NCBI GenBank assembly: GCA_027458945.1
Contig: DAIDOU010000101.1
Span: 1 to 54,479 of the forward strand
Direction of reading: 5' to 3'
Origin: Acidobacteriota bacterium
Lineage (GTDB): Bacteria; Acidobacteriota; Thermoanaerobaculia; Thermoanaerobaculales; Thermoanaerobaculaceae
DNA: 54,479 nucleotides
The notes under the pieces were generated by a model, which saw only the letters and a program-made list of their open reading frames with translations, did not search any database and was not told the DNA's origin. Made by a program: the position numbers and the translations under genes. Positions within the stretch are counted from its first letter, which is position 1; the number at the start of each line of letters is the position of its first letter. Below, piece by piece: positions 22,447-30,382 of this stretch.

Positions 22447-23856
22447 TCACACGGCGGGCCGGCCGTACGCCTCGAGCAGCCGCAGCCAGATCTCGCTCAT
22501 GGTGGGATAGGCGGGCACGGCATGCCACAGCCGTTCGAGCGTCACCTCCCCGACGACCGCGATCGTCGCGGCGTGGACGAGCTCAGCGACATCCTGACCG
22601 ACGAAGGTCACGCCGACCACGACCTTGCGCCTCTCGTCGACCACCATCTTGGCTCGGCCCTGGTAGCCGTCGGCCTGCAGAGACGCGCCGGCAACCCATC
22701 CCAGGTCGTACTCGACTGCGCGCACCTCGAATCCGGCCGACCGCGCCTCCGCTTCCGTGAGCCCGACTCGGGCGACCTCGGGATCGGTGAAGATCACCTG
22801 CGGCACGGCGGCATGGTCGGCGGTGGCGACATGCGCGCCCCAGGGCGCATCGCGGACCGCGGTGCCGAGGTACCTGGCGGCGATCGCCTCGCCGGCAGCG
22901 CGCGCCTGGTATTTGCCCTGGTGGGTGAGCAGGGCGCGATGGTTGACGTCGCCGACCCCGTAAAGCCAGTCGGTGCCGCGCACGAGCATCGTGTCGTCGA
23001 CGTCGAGCGGCGCATTCGCCGTCAGTCCGACCGCATCGAGCCCCAGGTCGGCCGTCCGGGCGGTCCTCCCGGTCGCCACCAGGACCTCGCTCGCGACCAC
23101 GGCTGGACCGTCGGGCAGTTCGAGGGCCACCGGACCGTCCGGGCCCGATCGGTCGACCCGCACCGGCTGGACTCCGAGGCGGACGTCGACGCCGAGAGCG
23201 CGCAGCGCCCCGGCGACGGCTTCCCCCGCGAACGGCTCCTGGCCGGAGAGCAGACCTGACCGCGCGAGGAGCGTGACGGATGCCCCGAGCCGCGCATAGG
23301 CGGTGGCGAGCTCGACGGCCGCCACTCCCCCGCCGATGACCGCAAGGCTGGCGGGTATGGACTTCGCGCTGGTGGCCTCGCGCGTCGACCAGGGCTGGGC
23401 ATCGGCGAGTCCGGGGATGTCCGGCAGCACGGGCACCGAGCCCGTCGCCACGGCGACCGCGGCGCGAGCCCGGTAGCGGGTGCCGCCGACCTCCACGGCG
23501 CGCACGCCGACGAGCCGGCCGTGACCGCGGATGAGGTCGATGCCCGCCGAGCCGAGCCAGTCGACCTGGGAGGCGTCATCCCAGTTCGCGGCGAAGGAGG
23601 TGCGCCGCTCGAGCACAGCCGCGGCATCGACCCGAGACCCCACGACCTGTGCGGCGCCTCCGACCCGCTGCGCGGCCGCGAGCGCGTGACCGCTGCGAAG
23701 CAGCGCCTTCGACGGCATGCACGCCCAGTAGGAGCATTCGCCGCCGACGAGTTCCTCCTCGACGATCGCGACCGACAGGCCGCGCTTCGCGGCGTAGTCG
23801 GCGACGTTCTCGCCGACGGGACCGGCGCCGATCACGATGAGGTCGTAGAGGTCCAC
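22447..23856 (-). CDS. Class I pyridine-nucleotide-disulfide oxidoreductase (LpdA / mercuric-reductase-like flavoprotein)
   Basis: 469 aa. GAGPVG FAD motif, redox-active GGECSYWACMPSK, a second Rossmann motif (VIGGGVAAVE) and a C-terminal dimerisation domain. Confidence 0.85.
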   Translation of the reverse strand: MDLYDLIVIGAGPVGENVADYAAKRGLSVAIVEEELVGGECSYWACMPSKALLRSGHALAAAQRVGGAAQVVGSRVDAAAVLERRTSFAANWDDASQVDWLGSAGIDLIRGHGRLVGVRAVEVGGTRYRARAAVAVATGSVPVLPDIPGLADAQPWSTREATSAKSIPASLAVIGGGVAAVELATAYARLGASVTLLARSGLLSGQEPFAGEAVAGALRALGVDVRLGVQPVRVDRSGPDGPVALELPDGPAVVASEVLVATGRTARTADLGLDAVGLTANAPLDVDDTMLVRGTDWLYGVGDVNHRALLTHQGKYQARAAGEAIAARYLGTAVRDAPWGAHVATADHAAVPQVIFTDPEVARVGLTEAEARSAGFEVRAVEYDLGWVAGASLQADGYQGRAKMVVDERRKVVVGVTFVGQDVAELVHAATIAVVGEVTLERLWHAVPAYPTMSEIWLRLLEAYGRPAV

Positions 23857-23859
23857 AGC

Positions 23860-24798
23860 TCAGCCGAACAGATTCTTCTGCTTCAGCCACTCCGTGGCGA
23901 TGTTCTGCGCGGATTCCTTGCCGACCGAGCTCTTGGTGTTCATCTCGATGAGGTCCGCGGTGGTGAGGTTGGCCTGCACCTTGTCGAGCGCCTGGGTGAC
24001 GGCGGCGTCGGCCTTGCCGGAGTTGATGAGCGGAACGACGTTCTGCGCGAGGACCATGTGGTCCGGATCCGCCAGCGTCACGAGGTTGTTCTGGGTGATC
24101 GACGGAGTGGTCGAGTAGATGTCGGCGAGCTGGGCCTTGCCGTCGAGCAGCGCCTTGAGCGTGTTCGGGCCGCCGCCGTCGTTGATCGGCAGCAGGGTGG
24201 CGCTCACTCCGTAGACGCTCTTGAGGCCGGGGATGCCGTACGGCCGGGTCTGGAACTCCGGGTTCGCGGCGACGGTGATCGGGTCGGTGACCTTCTTGAG
24301 GTCCGCGAGGCTCGTGACGCCCCACTTTTCGCTGAAGGCCTTCGTGACGTTGTACGAGTCGGCGTCCTGCGCCGCAGCCTGGTCGAGTACCTCGTAGCCC
24401 TGCGGAACCGCCGTCTTCAGCGCCGTGTACACGTCATCGCTCGACTGGGCCGTCGCCTTCGCGTCGAAGTACTGCAGCAGGTTGCCGGTGTACTCGGGCA
24501 CGAGGTCGATCGAGCCGTCCTTCAGTGCGGCGATGTAGGCGTCGCGGGCGCCGATGTTCGGGGTGACCGTGGCGGCGACGCCGCTCGCCTGCAGCGCGTC
24601 GGCGTAGACGTAGGCGAGGATCTCGCTCTCCGGGAAGGCGGCCGATCCGACGGTGATGCTCGTCACCGGCGCACCGGTCGAGGGCGGTGAGCTTGCCGGG
24701 TTGTTGTCGCCGAGCGGGTTGCTGGATGCGCATCCTGCGAGGGCGGCGGCGAGGGCGAGCACCCCCGCGGCGGCGGTCAGGCGGATGGTTCTGGCCAT
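23860..24798 (-). CDS. Osmoprotectant (glycine betaine/choline-type) ABC substrate-binding lipoprotein
   Basis: 312 aa. Lipobox LAGC after the signal peptide. OpuAC-family body (DLVPEYTGNLLQYF...). Confidence 0.85.
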   Translation of the reverse strand: MARTIRLTAAAGVLALAAALAGCASSNPLGDNNPASSPPSTGAPVTSITVGSAAFPESEILAYVYADALQASGVAATVTPNIGARDAYIAALKDGSIDLVPEYTGNLLQYFDAKATAQSSDDVYTALKTAVPQGYEVLDQAAAQDADSYNVTKAFSEKWGVTSLADLKKVTDPITVAANPEFQTRPYGIPGLKSVYGVSATLLPINDGGGPNTLKALLDGKAQLADIYSTTPSITQNNLVTLADPDHMVLAQNVVPLINSGKADAAVTQALDKVQANLTTADLIEMNTKSSVGKESAQNIATEWLKQKNLFG

Positions 24799-25514
24799 GG
24801 GATTTCCTTTCGGGACGGCTGGTGCGTGGTGGTGGGGGCATCGGGGATCCGGGCGGCGCGCACGCCGCGCGGAGTGGCGAGGCGCTGGGCGATGACGAAC
24901 ACGCCGTCAGCGGCGAGGGCGAGGGCGATGACGACGAGCGAGCCGCCGAGCATCTGGGCGTAGTCGCGGATCGCCAGGCCGTCGATGAGGAAGCGGCCGA
25001 GCCCGCCGAGCGGCAGGAACGCCGCGACCGTCCAAGTGGCGATGACCTGCAGGCACGCCGAGCGGATGCCGCCGAGGACGAGCGGGAGCGCGAGCGGGAA
25101 CTCGACGCGCCAGAGGACCTGCCAGCCGGTGAATCCGATCGCCTTGGCGGCGTCGACCGTGTCGCGGTCGACCGCCTGCACCCCCGCGTACGCGCCGGCG
25201 ATGATGGGCGGCAGCGCGAGGATGACGAGCGCGATGAGCGGGGCGAGGAGGTCGCTGCTCACCAGGAGCGCCAGGACGGTGACGAGGCCGAGCGTCGGCA
25301 GCGCCCGCAGCGCCCCGGTGAACGGCACGACGATCTCGCGACCGCGGCCGGTGTGGCCGACGGCGAGACCGGCGGGAAGCGCGATCGCGACGGCGAGCGC
25401 AAGGGTGAGCCCGGTGTAGTCGAGGTGCTCGAGGATGCGCCATCCGATGCCGCCCGGACCCGCCCAGTTGCCGGCGTCGGACAGCCAGGCGAAGGCCTGC
25501 GAATAGGGGTTCAC
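24777..25514 (-). CDS. ABC transporter permease (osmoprotectant family)
   Basis: GTG at 25512-25514 overlaps the upstream stop (GTGA). BPD-type permease with an EAA-like loop (DAAKAIGFTGWQVLWRVEFPLALP). Confidence 0.85.
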   Translation of the reverse strand: MNPYSQAFAWLSDAGNWAGPGGIGWRILEHLDYTGLTLALAVAIALPAGLAVGHTGRGREIVVPFTGALRALPTLGLVTVLALLVSSDLLAPLIALVILALPPIIAGAYAGVQAVDRDTVDAAKAIGFTGWQVLWRVEFPLALPLVLGGIRSACLQVIATWTVAAFLPLGGLGRFLIDGLAIRDYAQMLGGSLVVIALALAADGVFVIAQRLATPRGVRAARIPDAPTTTHQPSRKEIPWPEPSA

Positions 25515-26200
25515 GACGGCTCCGCCTCGACGCCGAGCAGGGTCGCCGTCGCTCGGCCGGCCCGACGACTCGGGCGCGCCCACGGCATGAGGAGGCGACC
25601 GGCGAGCACGAGCAGCAGATCGAAGACGACCGCGATGACCACCGTGCCGACGATGCCCACCCAGATCTCCGTCGGGAAGTAGCGCTGGTAGCCGTCAAGG
25701 AAGAAGAAGCCCAGCGAGTTGACGCCGATGAGCGAGCCGACGGTGACGAGGCTGACGGTGCTCGCCGAGACGACGCGCACCCCCGCGAGGATCACGGGGC
25801 CGGCGAGTGGCAGCTCGACGCCCCAGAAGCGGCGCCATCCGCCGTAGCCGACCGCCGTCGCCGACAGCGTGACCTGCCCGTCGACCGAGGCGAGCGCGTC
25901 GGCGGTGGCGCGCAGCATGAGCGCGAGGGCGTAGATCGTCAGCGCCACCTCGACGTTGAGGGGGTCGAGGATCCTGGTGCCGAGCAGGGACGGCAGCAGG
26001 ACGAAGAGCGGCAGCGACGGGATGGCGTAGAGGATGCCGCCGATCGACAAGAGCACGCCCCGCGAGAGGCGGTAGCGGTTCGCCAGCTGGCCGAGCGGTA
26101 TCGACAGCGCGGTGCCGGCGACGATGGGCGGAACGCTCAGCCAGACGTGCTGCAGGCCGTAGCGCGCGATCTGGTCCCAGTTCGCGACGATCCAGGTCAT
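25511..26200 (-). CDS. ABC transporter permease (osmoprotectant family)
   Basis: 229 aa with an EAA-like loop (SATAVGYGGWRRFWGVELPLAGP). The start overlaps the ATPase stop. Confidence 0.85.
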   Translation of the reverse strand: MTWIVANWDQIARYGLQHVWLSVPPIVAGTALSIPLGQLANRYRLSRGVLLSIGGILYAIPSLPLFVLLPSLLGTRILDPLNVEVALTIYALALMLRATADALASVDGQVTLSATAVGYGGWRRFWGVELPLAGPVILAGVRVVSASTVSLVTVGSLIGVNSLGFFFLDGYQRYFPTEIWVGIVGTVVIAVVFDLLLVLAGRLLMPWARPSRRAGRATATLLGVEAEPS

Positions 26201-26940
26201 CGCAGGATGCTCCGCGGGCGCCCGGCGTCGATGAATCCGCTGACGAACTCGTCGGCCGGGTTGTCGAGCAGTTCGCGCGGCGCGCCGAGCTGGGCGAGGA
26301 TGCCGCCGTGGCGCAAGAGCGCGACCTGGTCGCCGAGCAGAAACGCCTCGTCGATGTCGTGCGTGACGAAGACGATCGTCTTGCCGAGTTCGCGCTGGAT
26401 GCGCTGCAGCTCGACCTGGAGCTCGGCGCGCACGATCGGGTCGACGGCACCGAAGGGCTCGTCCATGAGGAGGATGTTGGGGTCGGCAGCGAGCCCGCGG
26501 GCGACGCCGACGCGCTGCTGCTGCCCGCCGGAGAGCTGGGCCGGGTAGCGCTGGGCGAGATTCGGATCGAGGCCGACGACGGCCATGAGCTCGCGGGCGT
26601 GCTCGCGGGCGGTTCCCCGCTTCGCGCCGCGCAGCAGCGGGACGGTGGCGATGTTGTCGAGCACCGTGCGGTGCGGCAGCAGGCCGGAGTTCTGCATGAC
26701 GTAGCCGATGGAGCGCCGTAGCGCGACCGGTTCGAGGCCGCCGATGTCGTTGCCGTCGATGAGGATCGACCCGCTGCTCGGGTCGACCATGCGGTTGATC
26801 ATGCGCAGAATCGTGGTCTTGCCGCTGCCGGACGACCCGACGAAGACGGTCGTCTGCCGGGCGGGGATGACGAGGTCGAGGCCGCTCACGGCGAGCGTCC
26901 CGTCGGGAAAGCGTTTGGAGACCTGGCGGAACTCGATCAC
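26197..26940 (-). CDS. ABC transporter ATP-binding protein
   Basis: GTG at 26938-26940 (VIEFRQVSKRF). Walker A GSSGSGKTT, signature LSGGQQQRV, Walker B ILLMDEP. Short form with no CBS domains. Confidence 0.9.
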   Translation of the reverse strand: MIEFRQVSKRFPDGTLAVSGLDLVIPARQTTVFVGSSGSGKTTILRMINRMVDPSSGSILIDGNDIGGLEPVALRRSIGYVMQNSGLLPHRTVLDNIATVPLLRGAKRGTAREHARELMAVVGLDPNLAQRYPAQLSGGQQQRVGVARGLAADPNILLMDEPFGAVDPIVRAELQVELQRIQRELGKTIVFVTHDIDEAFLLGDQVALLRHGGILAQLGAPRELLDNPADEFVSGFIDAGRPRSILR

Positions 26941-26953
26941 GCGCCGACCGGCC

Positions 26954-27256
26954 TCAGTCGAGGACTTGCGCGAACTTCCAGAACGCGACGTAGTTGGAAA
27001 AATCCTTGCCGACGCGGTCGAACGCGGTGGGCAGCGGTTCCGGGTAGCTCCATGCCGTGTCACGGTAGGCCTTGCCGCCGACATTCAGCGTGAAGTACTG
27101 GCATTCGCCCTTCCACGGGCACGTGTACGGGGTCGGGCTCTTCTCGAAGTATTCGGTCTTCACCGCTTCGGGCGGGAAGTACCAGTTGCCCTCGATGCGA
27201 ATCAGCTCCTCGCTCGGTGCCTCTGCGACCACCGTGCCGTCGACTACTGCCTTCAC
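26954..27256 (-). CDS. DUF427-domain protein
   Basis: 100 aa with the characteristic ...EGNWYFP...CPWKGECQYF...AWSYPEP... pattern. Confidence 0.7.
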   Translation of the reverse strand: MKAVVDGTVVAEAPSEELIRIEGNWYFPPEAVKTEYFEKSPTPYTCPWKGECQYFTLNVGGKAYRDTAWSYPEPLPTAFDRVGKDFSNYVAFWKFAQVLD

Positions 27257-27311
27257 GACGCACCTCTTTCCGTTTCCGTCATCTCAAGCTAGATGACCGC
27301 CTCGGTTATTC

Positions 27312-27824
27312 CTAGGTCCGTTCCAGGACCCCGCGGATGAACGCGGCCTGGCCGAGATGCTGGAGGTCGTCGCTGACGATGCTGACCAGTCGGGCGGCGA
27401 GGGTCACCGGCGGACTCCAGTTCCGGTCGACCACGCGGTCGAGGTCGGACTCGCCCAGTGTGCCCAGATAGGCGACCGTGCGGTCGCAGACGGCTTCGAT
27501 GTATCCGAGGAGCAGCTCGGCGGCAATGCCTTTCACCGCGCCGACTTCGTCCGCGCTTTGCCTATATCCGGTCGCGGAGGAGTCGAATGGCAGCCCGAAG
27601 CGGTCGACCCAACCGTCCGCGATCCAGACCTCGTCGGTCCCCGCGGCGTCCGCGACCTGGGCGTCCTGCACGCGCCCGACATGCCAGAGCAGCCAGGCGA
27701 TGGTGTTCGCCTCGGGGTCGAGCCTGCCCTCGAGAAGCTCGGGCGTAAGGCTTCGCGCCACTGTGCCGGCGATCGACCGCACCCGGCCGATCGCATCCAC
27801 CAGGACCTCTGCGCTCGTCGTCAC
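27312..27824 (-). CDS. DinB-family (DinB_2/DUF664, mycothiol-transferase-like) protein
   Basis: 170 aa from the GTG at 27822-27824. Four-helix-bundle His motifs (WLLWHVGRVQD, DDLQHLGQA). The upstream part of the track ORF overlaps the neighbouring gene and is Arg/Ser-rich. Confidence 0.7.
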   Translation of the reverse strand: MTTSAEVLVDAIGRVRSIAGTVARSLTPELLEGRLDPEANTIAWLLWHVGRVQDAQVADAAGTDEVWIADGWVDRFGLPFDSSATGYRQSADEVGAVKGIAAELLLGYIEAVCDRTVAYLGTLGESDLDRVVDRNWSPPVTLAARLVSIVSDDLQHLGQAAFIRGVLERT

Positions 27825-27870
27825 GCCGTCGACGCTACGCCACGGGGGCGCGAATGCGGCAGGCCTTCCC

Positions 27871-29784
27871 TCAGACGTCGGACGTCGTCGCTTGGGCGAT
27901 GACAGCGGGGGGCGGGCCGTTGACGCCCTCCTCCTCGACCGGCTCGCGATCCCAGGCGCGGAGTCGGCGCAAGAGGCTGCGCTTCTTCTGCATGTGGTCC
28001 TGCATCCTGCCGAGGATTCCGGCCAGCATCCGGATGGCCTCGTCGATGTACGGTCCCTTGTTGAGCATGACGCACTCGGCGCGCTCAGCCATCGCCGCAT
28101 CGGTGACCTCCGCCCGGGAGGGGATGCCGGTCCTGGCCATCGAGTCCAGGACCTCAGTAGCCCAGATCACGGGCGCGTGGGCTGCCTCGCAAAGCCAGAG
28201 GATCTCCTCCTGGACCTCGGAGAGCCGCTCGAAGCCGACCTCCACCGCGAGGTCGCCGCGGGCGATCATGACGCCGATGCGGTCCCAGCGCATCGCCTCG
28301 AGGAGGATCTGCGGCAGCGCGTCGAACCCGGCGACGGTCTCGATCTTGAGCACGACGCCCAGACCGCCCTCCGGCACCTGGTCGAGGCGGTTCAGCAGGT
28401 CGCGCACGTCGTTCTCACTGCGGACGAAGGACATCTCCACGATGTCGGCGTGCCCTTTCACGAACTCGAGATCCTCGATGTCCTGCTCGGTCAGGGCGGA
28501 GAGCGAGAGCCGGGTGTCGGGGAGGTTGATCCCCTTCTCGGCACCGAGCTTGGTTCCCGCGACCCCTGCGGCACGCACCTCCACCGTCAGCGCGCCCGGC
28601 GAGACAGCGGTGATGACGCCGCTGATCTTGCCATCGTCGAGCAGCACCCTCTCGCCCGGCCTGGCGTCCGCGAAGACGTCGGGCAGCGTGCATCCGATCC
28701 GATGCAGGGCATCGGTCGTGGGCTCGACAGGACTGAGGTCGTCGGAGAGGACGATCCGGTCGCCGCGTCGCACCAGGATCGTTCGCTCGGCCTGCGGAAG
28801 CGGCCCGATGCGGGCGTTCCGGCTCTTCGTGCCGGACTTCTTCCCGTCGGACAGGATCATCCCGGGCACAAGGTAGGCGGTCTGCCGGAGCGAGACCAGG
28901 CAGCCCGCGGCGGTGACCCTCTCGACGGTCATGGTCCGGCGCGCTCCGCGGGCATCCACGGTCTGGATCCGCTCGCCGACGCGGCGGCTGCCCACCCAGG
29001 CGGGCTCCTGCAGCGGCACGGCCGGGACGGAGGGTTGTCCGGCGTCCGGGGGCGGGGTTCCCAGCCAGACCCGGGCGGGCTCGATCACCGCCCCGAGCGC
29101 GTCACGAGACGGCCGGACCTTGAGTACGGACGGGCCGGGCTGGATGGGACCGGTGCGCAGCTTGGGGCCGCCCAGGTCCATGGACACCAGGCACGGCCGG
29201 TGGGAGGAGGCCGTCCCGGCGCGGATGTTGGCGAGCATCGCCTCCCATGTCGCCGGATCGTCGTGAGCGCAATTGATCCGCGCGATGTCCATGCCGCTTT
29301 CCAGCATGTCGCGCACGAGCGGCGGGTCGGAGGCGGCCTCGGTCGGAAGCGTCACCATGATTCGCGTGACCCGGCCCGCCGGCTGCGGGCCGAGCAGGGC
29401 GACCGCATTGCGGGAGAGCAACTCCGCACCGTCCGGGACGGACGGTAGCGGCAGGTCGCTCTCGACCCGCCCGGTGAGACGGGCCAGTCTGCGAAGCAGC
29501 GCGTCGATGCTGACGAGCACATGCGACTCGGTCCTGCCGAGCGAGGAGAGGCCCTGATCGGAGAGGCGGGCCTGCAACTCGCGCATGTCGTGCCGGCGCA
29601 ACTCCACGTAGTGAATAAGGTTGGCGGCGCTGTAGCGGTGATTCGGTCGGACGGCCTCGATCTGCGCGGCATTCCGTACTTCGGCGTCGAGAATCGCCTG
29701 ACGGAGAAAGCTGACATCCGCGAACAGCGCGTCGAGTTCAGCGCTCTGCGCCGTCGCGGACCCCTCGGCTTCCTCGTTCGGCAC
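27871..29784 (-). CDS. Pyruvate-kinase-family protein with an N-terminal extension and no C-terminal regulatory domain
   Basis: 637 aa with a GTG start. PK barrel motifs (IARINCAHD, DLGGPKLRTG, KIETVAGF, MIARGDLAVEVG, NKGPY) after about 140 extra N-terminal residues. Confidence 0.75.
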   Translation of the reverse strand: MPNEEAEGSATAQSAELDALFADVSFLRQAILDAEVRNAAQIEAVRPNHRYSAANLIHYVELRRHDMRELQARLSDQGLSSLGRTESHVLVSIDALLRRLARLTGRVESDLPLPSVPDGAELLSRNAVALLGPQPAGRVTRIMVTLPTEAASDPPLVRDMLESGMDIARINCAHDDPATWEAMLANIRAGTASSHRPCLVSMDLGGPKLRTGPIQPGPSVLKVRPSRDALGAVIEPARVWLGTPPPDAGQPSVPAVPLQEPAWVGSRRVGERIQTVDARGARRTMTVERVTAAGCLVSLRQTAYLVPGMILSDGKKSGTKSRNARIGPLPQAERTILVRRGDRIVLSDDLSPVEPTTDALHRIGCTLPDVFADARPGERVLLDDGKISGVITAVSPGALTVEVRAAGVAGTKLGAEKGINLPDTRLSLSALTEQDIEDLEFVKGHADIVEMSFVRSENDVRDLLNRLDQVPEGGLGVVLKIETVAGFDALPQILLEAMRWDRIGVMIARGDLAVEVGFERLSEVQEEILWLCEAAHAPVIWATEVLDSMARTGIPSRAEVTDAAMAERAECVMLNKGPYIDEAIRMLAGILGRMQDHMQKKRSLLRRLRAWDREPVEEEGVNGPPPAVIAQATTSDV

Positions 29785-29859
29785 GGTCGATCACTCCATC
29801 TCGGCAGCAGCTGCGCTCGTTACCGCGAACGGCCTGCCCTGCGCGGGCGTCGGGCTGGT

Positions 29860-30036
29860 CTACTTGTGTGTCGTGTCGTGGCTCGCGGCGTGGTGGATCT
29901 TGTCCGCCGCCGTCTTCAGCGCGTTCTCCACCGCGTCGGTGGCCTCGTTGACCTTGCCCTCGACGGCGTCCACGACGTTGTCGGTGACCTTCTTGGCGCC
30001 TTCAGCACCTTTTTTGATGCTCTCTCCAGCGGTCAT
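29860..30036 (-). CDS. Small Lys/Ala/Asp-rich helical protein (stress-protein-like)
   Basis: 58 aa from the ATG at 30034-30036, with a strong GAAGGAG RBS 6 nt upstream. Confidence 0.5.
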   Translation of the reverse strand: MTAGESIKKGAEGAKKVTDNVVDAVEGKVNEATDAVENALKTAADKIHHAASHDTTHK

Positions 30037-30382
30037 GATGACTCCTTCATCTCGTTGTCCCGAATCTACGCTCCGGTGAAGACGGTCGCCAAGGACCAAA
30101 GTCCCAGAGGAAAAGATGGCGAATTCCGGTCCATGAAGCGATCGGCCGGCGACGTTGAGGCCGCTGGTCGAGTCCGACTCCGGTCTCTACCCGTTCCGGT
30201 TGCACCATCAGACCGGCCAGATGGGAATCGGTGTCGCCGGAAAAAGCTGATCGGCATCACGGTGCTGACGACCGCCACCGCGCTGATGTTCGCCGATACA
30301 CCAAACCTGCACCTTGGCCACCATGGTCGTGGCGGCTCATCGCGGCCGTTGCGCTCATGGTCGCCTACGAGCCTGGCTTGTA

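Noticed and set aside
30037-30382. A ~350-nt apparently non-coding gap that might hide a small gene or RNA (for example a frame reading KKLIGITVLTTATALMFA)
   Set aside because: No start codon with an RBS, no convincing ORF on either strand and no recognisable RNA structure by eye. It is left unannotated.
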